A stretch of DNA of 41,992 nt from Thelocarpon superellum. Lineage: Eukaryota. Below are positions 33,472 to 41,992 of the stretch, piece after piece. The DNA lies in contig JAPEUG010000117.1 in assembly GCA_026025795.1 (NCBI GenBank), forward strand, positions 1-41,992. The letters run 5' to 3'. Every line of letters begins with the position of its first letter. Within the stretch, counting starts at the first letter, position 1. The notes under the pieces were generated by a model. The model made no database searches. It saw only the letters and a list, made by a program, of their open reading frames with translations, and was not told the origin of the DNA. The position numbers and the translations under genes are program-made.

Positions 33472-35102
33472 ATGAGCTCCTTGTATACATGCCACCTGTG
33501 CTTGAGGCTGGGTCGAGCCAGTCTCAGGTCACGAACATCTCCCCTGCGGATACCATCGACCGAGGTTGGGCAACGGTGCATTTCTTCGGCGTCGGAGAAG
33601 TCAAGGACCTTCCAATCGATCCGATCGATCCAATCGATCAACCATTCGAGCAGCAAGAGACCTCGTTCCCGGGCCGTCTCCTCCCTACAAAGTCAAGGTC
33701 AGGTGGTCAAGGAAGAACCAGTGGAGATCCCGTCGCCCGCCGGACTTGAATCGACCCCGGTCCCTCGAGTTTCCGGACGAGCCCTCCTTCAGCCCAACAA
33801 CCTCTTCCACTCCTTCTCACGGTCGCCCTCGCCGGAGATCCGACAACGCACCGCATTTATCAAACACAACGCTTACTGTCCACACCCTCACCACCACCAG
33901 ACTCGGGTGCCCAGTGGAGCAGGCGATCCCCCTACGACGAAGTCGGCCCACACTGGCCTTCCTCCTGCCCATGTCCGCTTCGAATGTCCCGATTGCGGCA
34001 TCCCCGTGTACTGCTCGGAGGAACACTGGGCCGACGACTACGAGTCTCACCTTGACGTGTGCGAGACGCTGCGAGAGATCAACGAAGACGACCATGATCT
34101 CCGATCCGGCCGGTTCTTCCCGGAATTCGAGTATCCGGGGCCGCAGATGGAGGAGGCTTTAGTCAACATGACTAACTGGGACACGTTCCTGTACTCGCGA
34201 GAGTTCCGGGCCATCAATGACGAGCGAAGTCTCCGGCAAGCGACGCGACTCCTGACCTATCCTCTCACTATCGGTAGCGTCCTGAACGAGCTCAGTCCGT
34301 ATAACATCCGAAGTGGAGGTCGATTGACGGCCGAGGGACTCAAGAGTCTCAGCGGTAAGCCCCTCTTCCCCCCCCCTCTCTCTCACACCCCGTGTTCCTA
34401 ACAGTCACAGCACTACGATACACCCTTCACCCACCTCGATCCGGGGCCGGGCTCGATATCAAAGGGCTGCGACCGAACCCGCCGCCGGTGCGAATCTTCA
34501 TACTCGGCGCACGCGCCGAGTCCTCGCTGCCGCGGGAAGTGTGGGTGCAACTTTCACACATCTTCCCCCGCGTGGCCTTCCACCTCATCTTCATCGGGCC
34601 GGAAAGCATGAGCAACCGGGACGCGGAATTCCCATTACCGGCGCGCACGCCATCCAACCCCTTCGGAGCCGTGGTCGAGGACCGCATCAGCCACCAGCTC
34701 AAAATCAGCACGTTCGTGGAATACTACCACACGCTGCACACGTCGGGGCTCTTCCACCCGTTCGATCCGTACTTTGACTGCTTCATGCTCTTCCACCCGG
34801 GCCTGGGCCACCCGGCGTCCTCGCATGAATGGGAAGCCACGCTGCCGCTCCTCCTCGAGACCAAGGTCCCTATCCTCGCGACGGGGTATACGGAGTGGGA
34901 CATGCAGCGGGACCAGCGATGGGTGCAGGAGCGAGTGGGGGGCGAGGTCGATCTGCTGCTCGAGCCGGGCGAGAACCGCTTCCGCAGTCTGCGCTGGGAC
35001 CTGAATGATCTCGACCCTGCTGATGTCTCGTGTGGTAATTGGGGCCTGTGGGGGTTCAGGGGCAAGCGGTACGAGACCACGCAGAGAGACGTGGAGAAGT
35101 AG
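33472..35102 (+). CDS. MSS51: Mitochondrial COX1 translational activator/assembly factor Mss51, 2 exons (intron 34355-34410), ~524 aa
   Basis: Presequence-like N-terminus, NNLFHSFSRSP, CPDCGIPVYCSEEHW, INEDDHDLRSGRFFPEF, NWDTFLYSREF, EGLKSLSALRYTL, IFILGARAESSLP, FDPYFDCFMLFHPG. Confidence 0.92.
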
Positions 35103-35224
35103 AGTAGACCCTCCTCACTACCCCGTGGTGGGTGGAGTCAGGGTCAGGGTTAACAGAGTACGACATGTCATCTCATCTCATCTCGGGACGGCCATACACG
35201 CACACATACATGTACATCCACAGC

Positions 35225-35264
35225 CTCCACATCTCCACATCTCCACTTCTCCACTTCTCCACTT
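35225..35264 (+). repeat. 8-nt tandem repeat (CTCCACAT)2(CTCCACTT)3 between the convergent MSS51 and OSH 3' ends
   Basis: Read directly from the sequence. Confidence 0.85.
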
Positions 35265-35307
35265 CTTCTCTGCTCCTCAAGTGGGAGACAACACACGTCT
35301 GCCAGGT

Positions 35308-38300
35308 CTAAAAGATATCCTCTACCCTCTCCCACCCCCCTTGCCCCTCCACGAGGCGCTGTCTCGCGGTCCAATATTCGCCCGTGAAGTCCCAGAGGTC
35401 TTCGCCGGTAGTGGGACACTTGGTGCGGCGGAACCAACGCGGCTCGAACTCCTCGCCGCTGGCTTCGCGCTGTCGGCGCTTAGCCCGCTGTTTCTCCTCC
35501 ACTCGATTCTTCTCTGTTGCGGCCAGGTCGTATTCCCCATCTTCCATGGCGCGCTGGTCGGGTCGCAGTCGCGTGTCCGTTGGGGCGAGATATGGCTTCA
35601 GTTTGGACGGGAGCGCGTTCAGCGTGATCACGAATGGTGTCAGGTTGAATGGAACCCCCGGCGGGCGGGGGTTTGCCTGCCAGACCAGGAAGGCTTGCGT
35701 GGCGTTGGGGTTGGGAGAGGTGTTGCCGCCCGCGGGTGCCGTGGTGCCGCCGAGTTCCATCGGGAACTCGTAGCCAGGTCGCGCGTAGAGCTTGTCGTTC
35801 CATCGGCCGCCGATGCTCCATTTCGTGATACCGTCGGCTGAGACCACTTTGCCCTGCACCTGATAGGCTGACGACGCCTTCCAGCCCCGCGGCTTAAAGT
35901 CCAGTCGACACACGTCGCCCGTCGTCCAGTTCTTGATCTCCATCGGCCCGTAGTTGTCCACGGTAGGGTTGTTGGTGATGATGCCCACCACCGACGCCGT
36001 CACCTTCTTCCACGAGTATAGCTCCTCACCACCCGATGCCGATCGTAACCGTAAGAACCAGGTGCCCAGGTGGTTAAATTCGAACGACTTGCCGTAGAAC
36101 TTGGACTTGACATTGGATTCGCCCTGTTGTGGTCAGGGGCGTCTGGAGATCTTGAGATGGGAGGCACGAGCGACTCACGTAGTAGTCCCACTTGGAGGAT
36201 TCCGCGTGCACCGCCCCGATGGGCGGATGATGACTAACTTGCTCGACAAAGAAACGGTATCCCTTGTCCGGTCGGGCGTATTCGAACGTCTCCCCCAGCA
36301 GCGGGTTGAAAGGCTTGGCCACGCGGCCAATCGTCGACGCATATTCGCTCGTCGCGAATGCTGCCACGTAGACCATCCGTTCTGCCGAGTCCGTCCGATC
36401 CGCGGCCGTGTCCAACAATTCCGTATACTCCATATCCTCCGCCACTCGCTGTAGCAGTGACGTCGGTTCGTTGAAGGATACCGGGAGCGTCATTTTGGTC
36501 ATGTCCTTTCCGATCATCGATTTCAAGACGCCCTGTCGCCCGTCAGTGCCGTCGCAGGGTTCACGTCAACGAAACTTACCCAAAGCGAGATCTTGGGTCG
36601 GTCATCGGCGTCCAGCTTCAGTCGTGAGCGCACGGGCTCTTCGTACCCGGCAAACGAGGACGTAATGATCTTTTTCTTAGCCTCCCGACTGGCCTGGTCC
36701 AAAGGATTTTCCGGCGCGGCCGCCGGTGGGCTGCTGGCGCGCACCGGCAGTTCTCCGACCACTTCGACTTCGCCAGCACCCACGGCATCGAAGAACTCTT
36801 CGTCGTCACCCGAGTCCGAATCGGACAAGTCGGCCACTTCGGCAAAGGCCGACTTGCGTCGATTCGCCGCGACGGGGCTGACGAGTGCTTTGCCGTGCGG
36901 ATCCACCGGGATCTGTTCCACCGCGTCCACCATCGCCCTCGGCTCTTGCTCCGCACCTGGACTTCGCGGCCGGCTGACGGCACCCGACGCCGTCTTGTAC
37001 TCCAACGCCTCACGTAATGCGCGCTTGGTGCGTCTCCGCTTATCCTCGGATTCGCCGATGCGGCCCTCGAGTGCTTCTTGTTCTTGCGCCACCCGCGCCA
37101 TGCTGTCTTCCCAGAGACGGCGCACATCCGCCTCCCGATCTAGACGATACTGCCAATAGGCATCGCGATCTCGGGAGATCTTGAGCAGATCACCGATCAA
37201 TCCCTTCAGACTGCGCACCGCCGTCTCGTAGGACGCCAGGGCTTGCGCCACCCGCGTGTCCGACAAGGTCAGCTCGCCGTTCTTCGTCCGTTCCGCCTGC
37301 AAGGCCGCCGCAACGTGACCCAGCAGGTCCAACTGTAGGCGTGCGGACTGCGCGGTGATGTTGAAGGCGTCCTTGCTCGTCGGCTGCACATGGTGCGAGC
37401 TGGCATCATCCATGAAGTCATCCTCATCTTCCGGGTCACCACCCTCCACCGTTGCGGTGTCGGCGGTCGCGATCCGATTCACTTCACCCATCAGACTTGC
37501 CTCGTACGACCCCGTGCCGGCCGCCTCATCGTCTTCCATGAAGCTCGCCGGGCCCCGGCTGGAGCCTCCCAGGGCCGAGCGCGAGGCCGAGTGCAGGTGA
37601 CGACGGCTGGGGCTGTCTTGGCGACGACTATGCATACTAGAGGCTTCCCCGCTCCCGTCCTTGTCACGCGGGCTGCCCTCGGCAGCCTGGTCGAGACGGG
37701 CTTGACGAAGGATCTCCGTCTGCCGGTTCTTCTTCTTGGCCTCCTCCTTGGCCTCGTCCTTGGTCCATTGGATGGCATTGTTTAGGGCCCAGAACCATCG
37801 TTTGGCCTCGATGACGTGGTTCGCCTTGAGATGATATTTGACCGACGACTTGCCCTGGATCTCGAAGCGCTGTTTATCCTGCGGATCCATGAAGAGCTTG
37901 GCGATGCGCATGTTGATGGCACCGCGACACGCCGACCCGGCGTCGTCCTGGTGCTTGTAGTAGCTGAGCACGCCATCCTCCAGCACAAACCAACGAAGCT
38001 TGTAGCCACTCGTGTAATTCGTCCATTTCTTCAGGTAGCCCTTCATCTCGCGCCCCTCTTTGCTTGCCAGCGCGCCATCCGCCGCGGTCCCACCGCCGGG
38101 CGAGGCGGCACCTGCGGCTGGGACCCCGCCGAGAACGGACCGTTCCTGGATGCCTCGCTGCGCCGCCGCGGCTGCCGGCGACTTCTTGAGCATGGTGCGG
38201 GTCTTCTCATCCTTGGTGACGTCCTGCGGGAGCTTGCCCTTGCGGTCTCGTCGGAAGGGGTCGGCCCCGTTGAGCAGCAGAATCTCCAAAAGCCGCGGAT

Positions 38301-39403
38301 CGCGCCGCCGAGCCGCCTCATGGAGAAGCGTGCCCCCGGTCTGTACCGTCATGGGTTCGGTGGCCAGCTCCGTCCCATTCACATCCAACAGCGTCTGCAG
38401 ACGAGGCTCCGCCAGCACTTTCTCCAGCGCCTCGTACTCATGGCGGGCCACGTGGCCGTGAAACTCGTCGAGTCGGCGGTCCAGAAAGACGGAACGCGCC
38501 AGCTGCAGTTGCTGGAATATCTCGGGGGTGCGGGCTAGGTCGATCGGCTGGCGGCCTTGATGGTTGGCGATGGAGTCGTTCACGTTCTTTTGATCGAGCA
38601 GCAGACGCACGATCTGCGCCCGGCCCAGCGCCGCGGCTAGGTGGAGGGGCGTGTTGCCCTCGCGATCGCGGGCGTTGATGTCGAGGCCGACGCCCGGCGT
38701 CGTGGCCGCAGTAGACAAGAGGAACTCCACCACGGTGACCTCGGCGCATTGGATGGAGAGATGGAGGATCGTCGTCCCGTCGAGCGGCCCCGTGCGGTCG
38801 CTCATGGAACTAAGCGATGATGTACTCTGCCGCGGGCGGCCCTCGGCCGGCTCTTTGGCCGACGTCTCCTTTGCTGCCTTGAGGATGGCGGCCGTGTCGC
38901 CGCTCCGAAGGGCTTCAAACAGCCGAAACATGCGCACCGACTGTTCGATCGAGGTCGTCCGATCGGGGATCAAGGACTCCGGTGCCACGTCAGATGCGAG
39001 CGAGTTCCGGTGGGATGAAGGGCCCGGCTCGTGGAGTGAGGCGGTGGTAGGAATAGACGTGGACGAGGTTCGTCCCGACGGGATGGTCGACTTGGACGGC
39101 ATCAGGCCAGCGTCGGGCGGGGACACTAGAGACGTCTTGGACGAGTTCACCTCCAAGGCGGCAGTGCTGGTCGCGTCTGATCCATTCTTGTCTTTTCGTC
39201 CCCGGTCACGATGGAGGAGGGAGAGGGCGGCGGAGGACTTGGAGCGTTTGTGACTACCCGGAAGAGCACATGTTAGCCATGTCTATGTCGTCTCTGATGG
39301 GCGTATGCTCCATCACCGTATCGAAACACGATCGTGGCCCGGGACGATGGCTGCACGAGGAAGGTGGGGCGGACACTTACCTCTCCAAAGCAGTGTCGGC
39401 CAT
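35308..39403 (-). CDS. OSH1: Oxysterol-binding protein homolog (Osh1/Osh2/Swh1 type: ankyrin + PH + FFAT + ORD), 4 exons, ~1288 aa
   Basis: Ankyrin [11 protein letters not shown] domain [25 protein letters not shown] motif [11 protein letters not shown] motifs [42 protein letters not shown]. Introns 39380-39254, 36579-36533 and 36178-36124. Confidence 0.94.
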
Positions 39404-40890
39404 GACTGTCGCGGACGGCGGCCGAAATCCCCTGAGACGCACAGTCCACGGTGCACGTCCACGGTGATCAAGCTACACCCAGGTACCGTTCGCACTCGGC
39501 GGGTCGATGAGAAACTGGCGGGTCGGCATGGAGGCAATGCCAGCTGCAGCAAGGGAGTAGAGAAAGACGGTGGCGTGAGACTTGCACCAACGATGATTCT
39601 GGTCTGGTATTGGTACTGGTACTTGTGCAGCAGGACGGGAGTCGTCGTTGATTGGTCGATGGGTCCTGCGACGTCCGTCTACTTCAACTTTCGCATCTTA
39701 CGCCGTCTGGGATGACGTGCGGGTACCGACCTGGCCCTCGGCGGACTTGGACGGAGCTATCGATATTATTGTGGACACGGAGCCTATGCAGGCTGTCTGG
39801 TGACTGTCGAAGGACGAAGGACGAGTACTGGTAAAGAGATGCACAAATGTCTCGACCCAAGGAAGAGCGGACCGAGAGGATGCGGTGCGCAGCTGCTCGA
39901 TCGGCTGAACCAAGCCCAGCCATCTGCATGGCCGTCTACGCCATCTCGCCAATATCCGCTTCAGAGTATCCTGCGTAGCCTGCCTCCGCGCCTAGGAGCA
40001 GCTGCGTATGGAAAGAACGACGCCGACTAGCGAGCTTCTGCGGCTCGCTAGATCTGCGGCAAGGTCAGCTATGCTGCTTGTGCTCTCGGAAAGGCGCGGG
40101 AAAACAGCCCGGGCTCAGACTGCGCCAGTGGATCCATCTGCATCATCTTCACACGGCAGGTCAGCCGGTTGCTTTGGTGCAGAGTTATACTCCTTATGCC
40201 AGAATCAGGCCTCGCCGGCTGGCGGCGTCTCACATTGCCTGTCAAGGGATGAGGGGTTCATAGACGCAAGCGATCTTCCCGGCCATAACATGTTAAAGCG
40301 ACCTCGTGCCAGGTGATTGACGCTGGACCCAGACCAACATCGTGACGAGCGCTACGCCGCCAGACCCCACAACCATCCGGTATCCATTCACCTCTACTCC
40401 CTGGCAACTAGATATGTTACTTTCCTACCCAAAATTTTCGTGGGCGCCTAGCGCAGTGGAAAGCCAAGGCGCCCACCTCCGTTCAAGTTCGGGGCCTGAA
40501 GGGAAACAGGAATCATCAAATCCACCGTAGGAGCAAGACCATGTCCCACAAAATCGTCTCAAAAAAAACCTCCAAAACAGCGAAGCACCAAAAGAAAGAA
40601 GAGGGAACAAAGCAGTAGGCCCGCCCAGGATATCCTGTTGGGTGGGGCCGAAGCTTTTGTTCCGCGCGCGGGCGTGGCGTATTTTGATGTCGCCTTTTAT
40701 CTGAGAGACGGCAAGGCCGACGGTCCCGACGAATCTTCTATTGACGCCGGCGAAAAAGTCCAAAATTGGCTCAGGGAACTTGCGACGATAGATGTGATTT
40801 ACATTGAGGTCACTTACGCATTGAAGATTCCAGATTCTAGAATACTCTCTGATATGACATCCGTGCGCCAACAATGCTCCAGGTCCGCCA

Positions 40891-41992
40891 CTATTGCCTC
40901 TTTTCGCTGACCAACAAGATGACACTACCCAGCTGACGTCGTAAGTCTTCCTTTTCCACGTCGTGCGTGTCCTCGACCTCACCCCACACGTCCGTCTGCC
41001 ATCGGACCTCGGTACTGACGGCCTCGGCCGCCTCTTCGATGCCGAACCTAGGTCCATGCCCTGACGCCCCGTCCTCGCGGAGATGGCTGTAGATCGGACT
41101 CCACTCGGCGATCAGTCGTGCGGCCGTGAGCAGGCCCTTCCCCGCCAGCACGGCTCGTTCAAGCCCGGCGAGCTCATAGGCCGGGAGCCCGGTCACCCAT
41201 CCCCGAATGATATCCCTGGTCGTCCGCGGCTGCGACTTTGGGACGATGCTATCGGCATCCGTGACTGGGTGGATCTCTACCCCCGGCCATACATGCGTGC
41301 TTAGGAAGGCAAGGATGGGTTGCGCCGTCTGAATCTGAATCTCGCGCAGCGACTTCCGACGGCCCTGCCCCGCTTCCGTCGATGAAGATGGCGACAACGT
41401 CTCAGGCGCCCAGCATAAGAGCGTGTCCGTATCCAGATAGCGCATCACAGTGTCGACGATTTCCTCGCGCGTCTTGCCCTCACGCCGCCGATCCTGCTCG
41501 CGGATGTCCTCGGCCCGCGACACCAACGACGTGAGTGGGATGAGATGCTGCTTGAGCGCCTGTTGTGCCGACACCAGCAGATCCCATTCTAGAGCAACGG
41601 CGGCCGCTAGCTGTGGCTTCGCCGGCGGAATGGTCAGCGTGGTTTTAGAGGGAGTTCGGACGGGTCGACTGTCGAGGTGAATCTGCCATCCGTCTACTGG
41701 GCGTTAGTAAAGAGCAAACAGCATGACACGTCACCAGGCAGAGTTGACCTACCTGGAACCTCTTTGACCGTCACGTCTTTCCAGAAGCGCTTTTTCATCG
41801 CTCCGCCTGGCTTAATCTCCGCCGCCCGCAACGCCTTACCCTGCCGGATTAACTCCGCCTGCGACCGTCGCCGGGCGATGCGCGCATCATGCTGCGACAC
41901 CGCCGGTAAGGGGCTTCTCGGCGGCGGACCATGGGCCGTCACGGGCAAGGGTGTCGCGTGCCGGGAAACGGTCGTATGCAGGCTTCGGTAGG
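40891..41992 (-). CDS. ATP12: Mitochondrial F1-ATPase assembly chaperone Atp12 (ATPAF2), 5' end outside the window; intron 41752-41694
   Basis: KKRFWKDVTV, IHLDSRPVRTPSK, ALEWDLL, HLIPLTSLVSRA, RYLDTDTLLCW, EVRWQTDVWGEVEDTHDVE. Confidence 0.94.

Noticed and set aside
29586..39253. Many 100-240 aa antisense ORFs overlapping RSE1, MSS51 and OSH1
   Set aside because: Expected shadow ORFs in GC-rich coding sequence with strong third-position bias.
9861..39403. Apparent lipid/membrane gene cluster (choline kinase, PSD1, OSH1, USA1-like)
   Set aside because: The genes are interspersed with unrelated housekeeping genes and I see no shared motif, so chance co-location is likely. Conserved synteny would be needed to support a cluster.
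40541..40910. A-rich short ORF and 90-aa ORF on the + strand
   Set aside because: No ATG-initiated long frame or known motif; best explained as the T-rich 3' UTR/terminator region of ATP12 on the minus strand.

Overview
Gene-dense, GC-rich eukaryotic DNA from a filamentous ascomycete (Pezizomycotina-type genes, short GT-AG introns with CTRAC/CTAAY branch points). I spliced about 16 protein genes by hand: PBS2 MAPKK, an auxin-efflux-carrier family transporter, a small secreted protein, choline/ethanolamine kinase, a Zn-finger/LysM protein, RPS22 (uS8), a TFC7-like histidine phosphatase, a Cas1p/CASD1-type O-acetyltransferase, a possible orphan, a nitrilase, PSD1, a USA1/HERP-like UBL membrane protein, RSE1 (SF3B3), MSS51, an OSH1/2-type oxysterol-binding protein and a 5'-truncated ATP12. 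The most informative signals are non-coding and invisible in the ORF track. They are an snR44-type H/ACA snoRNA in an RPS22 intron, a highly structured RPS22 5'-UTR intron with a hairpin over its 3' splice site (candidate autoregulatory element), and a double-guide box C/D snoRNA in an RSE1 intron. That snoRNA's D guide matches the 18S Am541 (snR41) site and its D' guide points to a 25S site I do not know to be methylated in S. cerevisiae. I found no CRISPR array, transposon, tRNA or rRNA. rRNA target sequences and yeast numbering are recalled from memory and need checking by alignment.
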